NCBI GenBank assembly: GCA_900537185.1
Contig: LS999830.1
Span: 47,440 to 111,439, forward strand
Reading direction: 5' to 3'
DNA: 64,000 nucleotides
Origin: Cytophagales bacterium Alg240-R148
Lineage (GTDB): Bacteria > Bacteroidota > Bacteroidia > Cytophagales > Cyclobacteriaceae
The stretch's first letter is position 1; each line of letters begins with the position of its first letter. This document shows, piece after piece, positions 8,316 through 18,151 of the stretch. Below the pieces are notes generated by a model that was not told the DNA's origin, ran no database searches, and worked only from the letters and a program-made list of their open reading frames with translations. A program made the translations under genes and the position numbers.

Positions 8316-11300
8316 TTCTTTTTCAAGTTGGGCAAAATCAATACAAAAGAAGTACCTTCATTTAAATTGCTTTTCACAGAAATTTCACCTTGCAAAGCTT
8401 CGGCGTATTTTTTAACAATGGACAAACCGAGCCCTGTTGATGATTCATTGCCAGTTGGTTTGGCAGATAGTTTTTGAAACTTATTGAACAACTTTCCTTG
8501 GTCTTCTGGGCTAATTCCCGGTCCGTAATCCTTAATTTCAATTTGTACATCGGTATTTTCCTTTTCTATGAAAATGTCAATTTTACTATTTTCGTATGAA
8601 AATTTGATTGCATTGGATAAGAGGTTGTCAATTATTTGAATGAAATAGTGTTTGTCCATTTGAAAATTAAGCCCGTTGTGCATGGAGTGTAAATTTACTT
8701 GGATGCCTTTTGGTGCAGTTACGTTGCTGTAATTTGAAATGATGGTGTGCAGTACTTCAATTATATCCAACTGCTCAATTTTAAGTTCTATTTTTTGGGT
8801 ATCAATAGTACTAATGTCCAAGATCCTAGTGATCATTCCATTTAAGTAATTGGTAGCTTCAATCATTTTATCGGTATACTCCGTTACCGATTTGTCTTGA
8901 GAAGTCATTGCGGTTAATTCAGCAAGGCCCTTTACTTGATTTAATGGACTGCGAAGATCATGAGAAACTACATTGATTAGATCGTCTTTTTCTTGGTTGA
9001 TCACTTTGAGTGCTTCATTTCGTTTTCTCAATTCTTCTTTTTGAATTTCTATCTCTTGTGTTCTTTCTTTTATTTTCAGTTCCATGTTATCGTAAAGAAT
9101 GGCATTGTTTAGGGTTATGGCCATCTGACCGGATAACAATTTGATCAACTCTAGCCTTTCAACTGTAAAGGCACCTTTTACTAAATTGTTTTCCAAATAG
9201 ATAACTCCTAACAACTTGTTGTGCAATACAATTGGAATACACAAAATGGACTCTGTTTTATTTTGTTTGATATAAGGGTCGCGGGCATATTTACTGTCGG
9301 CATGCGCACTTTCAATTACAATATTTTCTTTAGATCGTTTGGTATATTGTATAATGGATAGGGGTACTATGTTCTGCTTAAGAACTTCGCCAGAATTGAT
9401 GATGCGCACTTTGTTGTTAATGGTGTTGCTGGCTGCAAGTTTTAGCTCATCGTTGTTGTTGAGTAAAAATAAACCGTTTTCAGCACCGGCGTTTTCAACC
9501 ACTATTTTTAAGAGGTTGTCAATTACTTTTTCAAGTTTTATTTCACTTGATATGGTCGAAGAAGACTTAAGTATGGTGGTCAGATCGAGCAAAGAACTGC
9601 CCGCTGATAAAGTGCTAAATGTTTTCGCATTTGAAAACTCAAATTGTTCTAAAAGAATATCTGCATATTCTTTTTCAAAAGCAGCTACTTTGGCGCCAGC
9701 CCCCCACATTTTATAAGCTTCATAGGCCTTTTTTAAATAATAGGTGTGTTGTTCTTCGTCTGCTTCTTTTTCATGGTGTCTAGCAAATAACTCCAGAGCA
9801 ATGGCATGTTCATTGGTGTATCCATTTTCCGATGCAAGCAATATGGCTTTCTTATAGAAATTACAAGCTGCTTCGTTGTTCTCTAAAACAATAGAATTGT
9901 AAATTCCGAGCAAGGTTAATCTTTTGTGTTCAAAGTTTTCTGGAGAATGAGCAGACCAATTCTTGAGTTTTTTGAGATCCGTTTTGTACCATTGTTTTAT
10001 TTTTGACTTTTGCTGTTTCGAAGCAGAAGGCCAATAAGAAATACCAATAAGAGATCTCAAATAATGGAAAGACGGAATAAACGCGGTGGAAAGCGCAATG
10101 TCCAAATGGTTTTGAAGATTGGCAATATTGTCAAAAGCCAATTTATGGCTTCCAAATAAAAAGCCGAGAAACACTTTGCCGTAATAAATATGGAATAAGG
10201 CAGTCTTGTCTTTTTTATAAGTTCCGTTTTCCAGCCCTTCAAAGTACTCCTTTTCACTAAAATAAGGTCCTTCAAGTTGGGCAGAGCTACCATTGTCTTG
10301 GAAGACATTAATAGTACGCTGTAAAGATATTTTGCTGTATAGCGCATAGGTGACCTGACCCATTTGATCAATTTTTTCATGGAACTCCTTAATTTTTGGT
10401 ATGGAGTGGTTCAGGTCTTCTCCTAATAAAAAAGAATGGTAGGCATGAATAAAAAGAGAGGATGCTGCATATTGTGGATCTCCTGTTTCCATTGCTGTGA
10501 AATAAGATTCTTTCAGCATGGGGATGGACTCTTTTAAATGCCTTTTCCAGTGGTTGATAAATCCACTAAATATTACCTGCGTCTTGGATTTTATTTGCTT
10601 GGCATCTGGAGTGCTTTTTAAAAGATCTAACGATAATTCTCCAAATTCGAATCCCTTTTCAATTTCACCGGTTACGGCGCACAATATGGTTCCGTAGCCA
10701 CCATAAAAAGAAATTAATTGTATCGAGTTGCCGTGTTTAACCGCTAGTTGTATGGACTTGAATATGGTAATGGGAAATAGCTCTGGAGCATTGTGGTATC
10801 CTGCCGTACTCAAGCTAGACAACGTGTTGATGGCCAAGTTTAGTTTTTCCTCTTCCGTAAAATTCAAATCTTTGAAAAAGGAAATCTGCTTTTTCCCAAC
10901 GATGAATTTGGTTTTTAGCAGTTCTGTGATCACATTAAACTTGTTAGGGTTGGCAGGTATTTTAATCCCTAAATTCTGTAAAATGTCGATTCCAATTGTA
11001 ATTACTTCATCGTGTTTGTGGGCCGCCAGGTAGGCGTAAATATAAACATTTTCCACCTTAACTTTATCCGTTATGGATTCGCAATGTTCGATCATTTGGT
11101 CTCCTGTAGACTTCATTAAATCCAATTGACCAATCAAATGTGCGGCTTCTATGTACCTTAAATGCACATCGTACATGAGGTAGTAATCCTCTTCCCAGTA
11201 TTTTTCACCTAGGCAATCCTTGGACCTTTGAAAGAAATTAAAGGCAGCGTTGTAGGCAGAGGATATTCTTGCTCTTAAACCAGCTTTGTAGTTGAGCATG

Positions 11301-13543
11301 GAAAGTTGCTTGATTTCCACATCGGATTTAATATGTTCAGCGCCTAAATTAAGGTGGTGAACAATGTCAAAAAGCTCTTCACGGTAGGACTCCGTTTTTG
11401 AATTAAGTAAAATGTTTTTACCGATGTGTTTGTGGGTAGTACTTTTTTGCTCCGCGTCCAAACTTTCGTAAGCAGCCTCCCTAACCCGGTCATGTGCAAA
11501 TTTATATTCTTTGGTTGGGCCCTGATCCAGGTCTCTTTCATCAGAATCTATTCCAATTTCAATAATGAATTGCTCTTCAATAACTGCTTGAAGCAATTGT
11601 TCCAGTTCTTCGGTTTCTTTGTTACAGAGAATACCCAAGTCATAGGAATTAAATTTGATTCCAAAACAACTTGCTACTGTAATAATTTCTATGGTTTGAG
11701 CTGGTAAGTTTTTAAGTTTTAGAATAATAAATTCCACCACATTGTCCGTGAAATCCATTTTTTCCATTTCGGCCACTTTCCAGTCCCATTTTCCGATGGA
11801 ATTGACTTCATCGGTTTTAAAGAAATTGAAAAATATGAAGCGCTGTTCGTACATCGAACGCAGAAACTGGTTTAAGAAAAACGGGTTGCCCCCAGTTTTA
11901 TCAAAAACGATTTTGGTCAATTGGTTGCTTTCAGATTCAGTTGTTTTGAAAGTGTCATTGATTAAGGACTGCGTATTCTGAATGGATATGTCCTTAAGTT
12001 TTATTCTTTCAAAATCAACGGCAGCATCGGCTATGGCTTTAATAGCATCTGTTAATGGGTGAAGAGGGGGTAAGTCGTTGCCTCTGTACGCGCAAAGCAG
12101 TGTAATGTTTTTTATGTCTGGATCTAATATGAGTTTTTCCAACAACTGTGTAGAGGCATAATCAGACCATTGCAAATCGTCAATAAACAATATTATGGAC
12201 CTTTCTGTACTGGTTATTCCTTTAAAAAACTTAAGAAATACATAAATTAATCTGTTTTGGGCTTCGTTGATACCCAATGGGCTGAGTTCGGGTTGTTGTC
12301 CTATAATTAGTTCTAAAGAAGGAAACAAGTCGGTCATTATTTTACCTTCATTGCCAATGGTATTCAGAATGATGGATTTCCAGTTGTTTAATACCGATTC
12401 TTTTTCTGAAAGTATGAAATCAACAAAGGAGTGAATTGCTTGGCCTATGCCGAAAAATGGGGTGTCACTGAAGTATTCTTCGTGTTTGCCATACAATAAA
12501 AAGCTTTTTTTGAGTAGAAAGGGTCGGGTCGCCTCCTCTATTAAAGTAGATTTGCCTGTACCAGCGCTACCTTCTGTAAAAACTACTTTTTTCTTAAGAC
12601 TACAATTTTTTATAGCGCTTTTGATAATATCCATACTGGCATCTCTTCCATAAAGCTTGTTGGAAAGGATGAGTTTTACAGGAACATCGTTTTTACCTGT
12701 TTCAAATAGAGGGATGTCAATGTTTTCTATTAAGGATTTCCTACATTTTTTAAGGTCTGCTAACAACCCACGTGCAGATTGGTAGCGTTGGTCGACATTT
12801 TTTGCCAATAATTTCAAAACAATATCTGAAACAACGCTAGGCAGGCTTTGGTTTTTTTCGTTGAGGGGCGTTGGTACAATGGCCAAATGAGCGTGGAATA
12901 TTTCAAGTGGTTCTTCATGTTCAAATGGCAATGCATTGGTGAACATTTCATACAACATGATTCCGAATGAGTAGAGGTCGGTTCTATGGTCTATTGGGTG
13001 GTTGGTCCTGCCAGTTTGTTCTGGAGATATGTAGGGCAAGGTGCCTTCGTTGAATTCACTAACTTTTTTAGTCGGGTCCCCAACATGAAATTTTGAAGCA
13101 GAACCAAAATCTACAACTGCTATGTTCCTGTCGTCGTTTATTAGGATGTTATAAGGGTTGAAATCGCAGTGGACGATCTCATTGGAATGTATGTCTGCCA
13201 GTGTTTTGCATATTTCTATGGCAATATCCAATTTCAAAGAGAACGAATAAAATCCAGATTTGAGGGCTTGTTTTAATGTAATTCCATCAAAATATTCTAG
13301 CTCTAAAATCGGTGCACTGTCAATATTTTTAATGCTTTTTACTTTTCTAACATTTTCAATATCGATGCCATTCAGAACCTCGTATTCATTCTTTATTTGT
13401 TCAGAATACGGGAAATGGTTTTGTTTGTCTTTTAATTTTTTTACAATAGAAAAGTCAGCTGTTTTTTCATTCTCAACCAACAGAATAACCGAGTTACTAC
13501 CTTCTGCTATTTTCTTGCCTTCAAAATTCTTACCCATGTTCAA
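8312..13543 (-). CDS. multi-domain signalling protein. Domain order is Ser/Thr-kinase-like, P-loop NTPase (AAA/NACHT-like), TPR repeats, GAF, HisKA and HATPase_c.
   Basis: - N-terminal kinase motifs: VKKL (beta3 Lys), HCDFNPYN catalytic loop, DFG, SPE.
- Walker A 'GSAGTGKST' and Walker B 'ILFIDDLQWSD'.
- A long helical repeat region.
- C-terminal H-box 'VVSHDLRSPLN' plus N/G boxes 'NAIKFS', 'DYGPGI', 'GLGLSIVKK'. Confidence 0.8.
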   Translation of the reverse strand: MNMGKNFEGKKIAEGSNSVILLVENEKTADFSIVKKLKDKQNHFPYSEQIKNEYEVLNGIDIENVRKVKSIKNIDSAPILELEYFDGITLKQALKSGFYSFSLKLDIAIEICKTLADIHSNEIVHCDFNPYNILINDDRNIAVVDFGSASKFHVGDPTKKVSEFNEGTLPYISPEQTGRTNHPIDHRTDLYSFGIMLYEMFTNALPFEHEEPLEIFHAHLAIVPTPLNEKNQSLPSVVSDIVLKLLAKNVDQRYQSARGLLADLKKCRKSLIENIDIPLFETGKNDVPVKLILSNKLYGRDASMDIIKSAIKNCSLKKKVVFTEGSAGTGKSTLIEEATRPFLLKKSFLLYGKHEEYFSDTPFFGIGQAIHSFVDFILSEKESVLNNWKSIILNTIGNEGKIMTDLFPSLELIIGQQPELSPLGINEAQNRLIYVFLKFFKGITSTERSIILFIDDLQWSDYASTQLLEKLILDPDIKNITLLCAYRGNDLPPLHPLTDAIKAIADAAVDFERIKLKDISIQNTQSLINDTFKTTESESNQLTKIVFDKTGGNPFFLNQFLRSMYEQRFIFFNFFKTDEVNSIGKWDWKVAEMEKMDFTDNVVEFIILKLKNLPAQTIEIITVASCFGIKFNSYDLGILCNKETEELEQLLQAVIEEQFIIEIGIDSDERDLDQGPTKEYKFAHDRVREAAYESLDAEQKSTTHKHIGKNILLNSKTESYREELFDIVHHLNLGAEHIKSDVEIKQLSMLNYKAGLRARISSAYNAAFNFFQRSKDCLGEKYWEEDYYLMYDVHLRYIEAAHLIGQLDLMKSTGDQMIEHCESITDKVKVENVYIYAYLAAHKHDEVITIGIDILQNLGIKIPANPNKFNVITELLKTKFIVGKKQISFFKDLNFTEEEKLNLAINTLSSLSTAGYHNAPELFPITIFKSIQLAVKHGNSIQLISFYGGYGTILCAVTGEIEKGFEFGELSLDLLKSTPDAKQIKSKTQVIFSGFINHWKRHLKESIPMLKESYFTAMETGDPQYAASSLFIHAYHSFLLGEDLNHSIPKIKEFHEKIDQMGQVTYALYSKISLQRTINVFQDNGSSAQLEGPYFSEKEYFEGLENGTYKKDKTALFHIYYGKVFLGFLFGSHKLAFDNIANLQNHLDIALSTAFIPSFHYLRSLIGISYWPSASKQQKSKIKQWYKTDLKKLKNWSAHSPENFEHKRLTLLGIYNSIVLENNEAACNFYKKAILLASENGYTNEHAIALELFARHHEKEADEEQHTYYLKKAYEAYKMWGAGAKVAAFEKEYADILLEQFEFSNAKTFSTLSAGSSLLDLTTILKSSSTISSEIKLEKVIDNLLKIVVENAGAENGLFLLNNNDELKLAASNTINNKVRIINSGEVLKQNIVPLSIIQYTKRSKENIVIESAHADSKYARDPYIKQNKTESILCIPIVLHNKLLGVIYLENNLVKGAFTVERLELIKLLSGQMAITLNNAILYDNMELKIKERTQEIEIQKEELRKRNEALKVINQEKDDLINVVSHDLRSPLNQVKGLAELTAMTSQDKSVTEYTDKMIEATNYLNGMITRILDISTIDTQKIELKIEQLDIIEVLHTIISNYSNVTAPKGIQVNLHSMHNGLNFQMDKHYFIQIIDNLLSNAIKFSYENSKIDIFIEKENTDVQIEIKDYGPGISPEDQGKLFNKFQKLSAKPTGNESSTGLGLSIVKKYAEALQGEISVKSNLNEGTSFVLILPNLKKN

Positions 13544-13615
13544 AATTCTTAATATTCAAAATTAATCATTTTGACATGGAAAGCAATTGTCTGATAAACG
13601 AAAAATACACTAGTA

Positions 13616-14296
13616 CTAAGCGGCAATGATGTAAGAAATTACGGCAGCAGCGAATATCCAAAAGCCACCAACCAACCCAATTCCTATTGAAGTATTGGTG
13701 CTTTTTTTAGTGGCATAAACAAGCAAATAAGGCAAAGAAAATGATATGAGGGCCTCACAGAGTATCACGTAAATAGGTGCATTCATGAACATTTTTGTGT
13801 TCAATTTGTAAAACCACCAGCCTGCATCTTTCGCTAAATGCTCGTAAATTGGGATGTACATTCCTCCAGCAATTGCAATCATAATGGAAGCAGGAACTGT
13901 TCCTTTCCAACGTGAAAGCAATAGACTGTAGTACCCTAATTGGATTAAAACGTTGCACCAAGCAAAAGGCATATACAATGGACTGCTCCAAATCATTAAT
14001 TCACTCTTCGGATAGACTAATGAATCTACCGTACTCACTAGGTAGTGGTCTGCCGCAAGTTCCACAATACCCGCGACCAATCCAAAATAGATCAATTTGG
14101 TGAGCAGGACGTTTTTTGTGAACCAAGCGTAGCCTACAAACATGGCAAATAATGCAAAGGTTAATACAAAAATTGAAAACGGGCCAGTAGCCAAAAAAGA
14201 GCTGGCGATGGACCAGATCATCATCACTATTTGGGAGAAAACGACTAAATAGGTAAGCCGTTTGGTTACTTGAGGTAATGCAAGTGTAGAACTCAT
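13616..14296 (-). CDS. polytopic membrane protein (about 6 TM) of unknown function
   Basis: 226 aa with multiple hydrophobic spans. It is co-directional with, and 4 nt downstream of, the oxygenase-like gene. Confidence 0.5.
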   Translation of the reverse strand: MSSTLALPQVTKRLTYLVVFSQIVMMIWSIASSFLATGPFSIFVLTFALFAMFVGYAWFTKNVLLTKLIYFGLVAGIVELAADHYLVSTVDSLVYPKSELMIWSSPLYMPFAWCNVLIQLGYYSLLLSRWKGTVPASIMIAIAGGMYIPIYEHLAKDAGWWFYKLNTKMFMNAPIYVILCEALISFSLPYLLVYATKKSTNTSIGIGLVGGFWIFAAAVISYIIAA

Positions 14297-14300
14297 GTGT

Positions 14301-15569
14301 TTATTTTTTTTGTTGCCAAGCCAGGCGATTTCCTAATATATTCGGTGTAATTACTTTTCTATCGACCCATTCTTCGTCTAATTTCCAGTTTTTCTGTAAA
14401 GATGGAGGAATGTAGAAATGCACATTTTTTCCTTTGTTAAAGTGTGCTATAATGCCTTGAAGGAGGATTTTGTTGAACCTTCCCGATAAGTGTCGCATCA
14501 GTTTGGAATGGTCCTGAATGTTGTCGACTTCCCCAACCAACAATCGAATAATGAAAGTGACCGTTTTTGAAGTCATGTCTTTGTGGTCATGGACGCCAAT
14601 CATACTAGACAAATCCAACCCTGCATCTTCCGATAAATCCTGCATAAAATACCAAATCATATATTCGGGAATCGAGTCAAATTTATTTCCTGGTATCAAA
14701 TACTTTAAAAAGTTGATGCAAGAGGTAGTTAATTGTACCCCATCTTCAGAAAAGGCAGACTGGTGTTGCAAGATTTTAATGGCCAAATTCCTGCCATCTT
14801 GGAAGGTGTCGGGAAGAAGGTCTTCGTCCAATCCCATTAAATAGCCAATTACTTTCCAAATATGGCTGTATCCAGCTTCTTGCTCCTCCGTAAAGTCAAT
14901 GTTTAATTTTTTGAGACCAGAAAGAATTACAGGAGCAAAAGACATGAGGGTTCCAGCTAAGTCTTCTTGGTTAATTGGTTCACCCAACTCCTGAATGTCC
15001 CATTCTATTTTGCTTTTTAAATAGTACCGAATGGAGGCATGGATGAGTCTAATTTTTTGAATGGTTACAACGCCATTACCATCTTCAGAAAAACTGCCAG
15101 GACTTAATACATTGGTAACCATTTGTGCTGTTTCCATAAGCCTTCTAGCCAATGGGTCAATATCGGAACCACTTTCATGCAACCTACCTGTTGTAAACAA
15201 AACCTTAGCACCCTTTGCACAAGTGTAACACAAGGGCAGTGATTTTACGTTGAGTAACATGAATATTTCTGGGCCATACAAACTGAAAACTTCTTGGCCC
15301 TTGTCTATTAAGGTCCTGTCTGCCCAAGTGGGTAGGGAGTGGCTTTCTGCGAAGTAACCTACCACCGCATTTTTAATGTGGCTATCCAACCCTTCAAAAT
15401 GGGATTCCGAATAATCGTGGTTGCGCATTAAAGTACCAAGTACTTTATTCACCTCTTCCTGAGAACCGTTTTCAATTATGTTTTGGATAACCTGATCTGC
15501 TAATGGATCTGCTTTTAACCTCTTATCTGCTAAAAACTGAGTAGTAATTTGCTCTATATCAAAATGCAT
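14301..15569 (-). CDS. MpaB/DUF2236-family oxygenase-like protein (tentative)
   Basis: 422 aa, mostly helical and soluble. The central block with conserved Arg/His ('IRLIHASIRYYL') is reminiscent of DUF2236/latex-clearing-protein-like oxygenases. The assignment is by recall only. Confidence 0.35.
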   Translation of the reverse strand: MHFDIEQITTQFLADKRLKADPLADQVIQNIIENGSQEEVNKVLGTLMRNHDYSESHFEGLDSHIKNAVVGYFAESHSLPTWADRTLIDKGQEVFSLYGPEIFMLLNVKSLPLCYTCAKGAKVLFTTGRLHESGSDIDPLARRLMETAQMVTNVLSPGSFSEDGNGVVTIQKIRLIHASIRYYLKSKIEWDIQELGEPINQEDLAGTLMSFAPVILSGLKKLNIDFTEEQEAGYSHIWKVIGYLMGLDEDLLPDTFQDGRNLAIKILQHQSAFSEDGVQLTTSCINFLKYLIPGNKFDSIPEYMIWYFMQDLSEDAGLDLSSMIGVHDHKDMTSKTVTFIIRLLVGEVDNIQDHSKLMRHLSGRFNKILLQGIIAHFNKGKNVHFYIPPSLQKNWKLDEEWVDRKVITPNILGNRLAWQQKK

Positions 15570-15661
15570 TGATGCTGCTTTAAAAATTCAATTGGCTCTA
15601 AAAATAGGAGATAAATTGTAAATATTTAAATTTCAAGCCAATATTGTTTCAAAATTGCAAA

Positions 15662-15883
15662 TTAGTAGATTTTATGTACATCATTTTCAATGTCATGCGT
15701 TAAAGACTTGACCTTGTCTAACAACATCGTGATTTTATGTGGGTCTGGGTTGTTTACAATAAATGCACTTAGAAGTTCTTCTGTTGCACCGTTTAAATCG
15801 TGCACCTTATGCGATAGATGAGGGAAAATTTTTCTTTTATAAGCTCCTTTATCAAGGATGTTACCGTAGCCTTCTGAGTCCAT
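15662..15883 (-). CDS. small hypothetical protein (73 aa)
   Basis: The only ORF in a 500-bp AT-rich intergenic block. It may not be real. Confidence 0.2.
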   Translation of the reverse strand: MDSEGYGNILDKGAYKRKIFPHLSHKVHDLNGATEELLSAFIVNNPDPHKITMLLDKVKSLTHDIENDVHKIY

Positions 15884-16172
15884 GTCACTTGATTTTATGC
15901 GTCTTATTAAGATAATAAATTTTGTTGAATTTAGGAGGGCTAGAACAACAATTCTTACAAATGATTTTTGGTTGAAAATAGCATTTGTAATTATAAATAT
16001 ATGTGTGTTAGTTGTTTGTGATATTTGTGTTTAAGTTGGGCTTTATAACTTTTGTATTTTAAGCTTTTTATTTTCAGTTTTGTTTGACGCATGTGATTTT
16101 CAGAAGAATAATTACAGTATTATTCAGGAAATTTTATGTTATATTCAATTTTTTAAATGCGAATTCAATTGT

Positions 16173-16577
16173 ATGCGGTCTATTGTACTGTTAGTATTTG
16201 TTTTTTTTATTTGGTCTTGTGAGGGCAACCCCATTGTTTCAGAAAAGCCGAACTCTATTAACCTTTTGGTAAGTGGTATTGAATTTACGGAGGTAGAAAC
16301 CGAATTAGTTTCGTTGGTGCACCCAGAACTTTTGGATGGTATACAGTTATCTGAAGGCCAAATGGAAGTACTGGTACAAGCAGGTGATGGATATTATACG
16401 CCTAGTTTAGTTGGGGTAGATAATGGGCAATTTGCAGTACAACCTAGTAGCAGAAAAGTTAATTTTTCTAAAGGACCGGTGGTCTTTACAATAACGAACC
16501 TTAATGCGCCTTACCAAGAGGTGACCTATGAAGTTAAGGTTATTTTTAAATCTGATAATATTGACAACGATGGGTAG
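16173..16577 (+). CDS. small lipoprotein; start moved to internal Met MRSIVLLVFVFFIWSC
   Basis: SpII-type signal with lipobox Cys (FIWSC). Confidence 0.4.
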   Translation: MRSIVLLVFVFFIWSCEGNPIVSEKPNSINLLVSGIEFTEVETELVSLVHPELLDGIQLSEGQMEVLVQAGDGYYTPSLVGVDNGQFAVQPSSRKVNFSKGPVVFTITNLNAPYQEVTYEVKVIFKSDNIDNDG

Positions 16578-17232
16578 AATTGTTCAGGCTCTATTTGGGC
16601 TTATGTTTTTTAGTTTGGTTCTTTTTTCTTGTGTTTTTAATAATAAAAAAGCCATTTTCTCGCGAATTAAGGATAAATATGGCTGCTCGGTTAAATATGT
16701 AGTGGATAATTTTAATGAATCTGAAAAGCGCAATTTAAAATACTACAAACTAATTTTAAGCTCTAGTAGTGAGTTGAATGCCTTAAATGACCACAACGTA
16801 GCCTCCAATGTGGCTCTAATGTTTTATCCTTATTTAGAAGATAAGCGAGACAAATATGCTTCGCTTATAATCATAGTACCGCAATTGATAGATGGGCTTC
16901 AATTGGCTTCTGAAATAGAATTTGACATGGAAGACGTAGCAGCGGCTTATAGTAAAATTGAATCAATTCAGTTGTTGAAAGCTAGTGTGATCGATAATGA
17001 CCATGCCGAAAACGAATTGTTCGCCGAAGGCGTAAGCGAACTTATGCGTTCTAAGTTTGGAAAATCGTCTGAAAACCTGACAGATATTCGAATAGAAGGC
17101 TTTAACATAAGCGCCGGAGACCAACTTACAATCAAAACCGTTTTGGAAGGGGAGGCTACCACCATAGACATGGATGTGCTTTTCTCCAGAAAACTAGACG
17201 ACAAACAGATTCATGGGCTTTTTATACCATAA
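16570..17232 (+). CDS. lipoprotein; start moved to MGRIVQALFGLMFFSLVLFSC. The start overlaps the upstream stop (ATGGGTAG).
   Basis: Signal peptide plus lipobox (LFSC). Translationally coupled to the previous gene. Confidence 0.4.
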   Translation: MGRIVQALFGLMFFSLVLFSCVFNNKKAIFSRIKDKYGCSVKYVVDNFNESEKRNLKYYKLILSSSSELNALNDHNVASNVALMFYPYLEDKRDKYASLIIIVPQLIDGLQLASEIEFDMEDVAAAYSKIESIQLLKASVIDNDHAENELFAEGVSELMRSKFGKSSENLTDIRIEGFNISAGDQLTIKTVLEGEATTIDMDVLFSRKLDDKQIHGLFIP

Positions 17233-18142
17233 ACTAAAAACGATACTACTTGTACTGCTATTATGTAGCAGCTTAAATACTTTGGCCCAGCAGAAAAAAG
17301 TGGCTTTTACCATAGACGATGTTCCCAATTTCAGGGAATATAAAAAGGCTGGTAATAATTCGGTGCTTTTAGAAAAGATAAAACAAGCCAATATTCCCGT
17401 TACAATATTTATCAATGAGATAAATTTGACAAGGTTTAAGGACGGCGAAGGGGTTCAGCTTCTAGAACAATGGCTTAAAGACAAAAACATCGACCCAGGG
17501 AACCATGGTTATGCGCACCAACGGTATGTTGGCCAAGGTTTTGAAGCATATAAAAACGAGGTAGTTCAAGGCGAAGTACAAACTAATATCCTTTTGAAGG
17601 AAGGCGGAAAAACACTGGACTACTTTAGATTCCCGTACAACTGTTTAGGGGAGGACTCTACGGCCCAACACAAGATTCGAAATTATTTAAAGAGCCAAGG
17701 GTATGCCATTGCTCCATTTACAATAGAAAGTTCCGATTATATTTACAACAAATTATATTTGCAGGCGGTTGCTGCGGGAAATACTGCTGAAGCTGAATTA
17801 AGAATAACCCAATATTTGGAGCTCACAAAAAACTTGCTCTTGTTTTACGAAGGTTTGTATACCAACCAACCTCCGTTGGACCATATTTATTTATTCCATG
17901 ACAATGCGCTCAACGCTGCTTGTTTCGATCAATTGTTGTTGGTTTTTAAGGAGATGGGGTATGCATTTGTAACAATGGAAGAAGCAATGCAAAATCCGTA
18001 TTATGATCAGGATAATTACTACCATGGCCCACATGGCTTTTCTTGGATATACCGGTGGATACCGGAAGACGAGAAAAGAAATGCAATAATGAAAAGAGAA
18101 CCATGGGTGGGGAAAAAACTCTACTCCCTCTATCTTAAATAA
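17213..18142 (+). CDS. polysaccharide deacetylase (NodB homology domain, CE4)
   Basis: Signal peptide. 'VAFTIDDVPN' (TFDDG-like motif 1) and 'NHGYAHQ' (His motif). Confidence 0.7.
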   Translation: MGFLYHKLKTILLVLLLCSSLNTLAQQKKVAFTIDDVPNFREYKKAGNNSVLLEKIKQANIPVTIFINEINLTRFKDGEGVQLLEQWLKDKNIDPGNHGYAHQRYVGQGFEAYKNEVVQGEVQTNILLKEGGKTLDYFRFPYNCLGEDSTAQHKIRNYLKSQGYAIAPFTIESSDYIYNKLYLQAVAAGNTAEAELRITQYLELTKNLLLFYEGLYTNQPPLDHIYLFHDNALNAACFDQLLLVFKEMGYAFVTMEEAMQNPYYDQDNYYHGPHGFSWIYRWIPEDEKRNAIMKREPWVGKKLYSLYLK

Positions 18143-18151
18143 TAGTACAAT

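Noticed and set aside
8312-13543. Numerous antisense or alternative-frame ORFs of 60-125 aa inside the giant kinase gene (for example 9339-9716, 10057-10380, 10728-11033, 11426-11707, 13260-13565).
   Set aside because: They lie entirely within a long, motif-rich CDS on the other strand. They have low-complexity, Leu/Ser/Phe-rich composition typical of AT-rich antisense frames, and no independent start or stop context.
15884-16172. AT-rich, TG-repeat-containing 290-bp gap that might hide a small RNA.
   Set aside because: No convincing stem-loop, terminator or conserved motif was seen. It is most simply a promoter region for the downstream lipoprotein genes.
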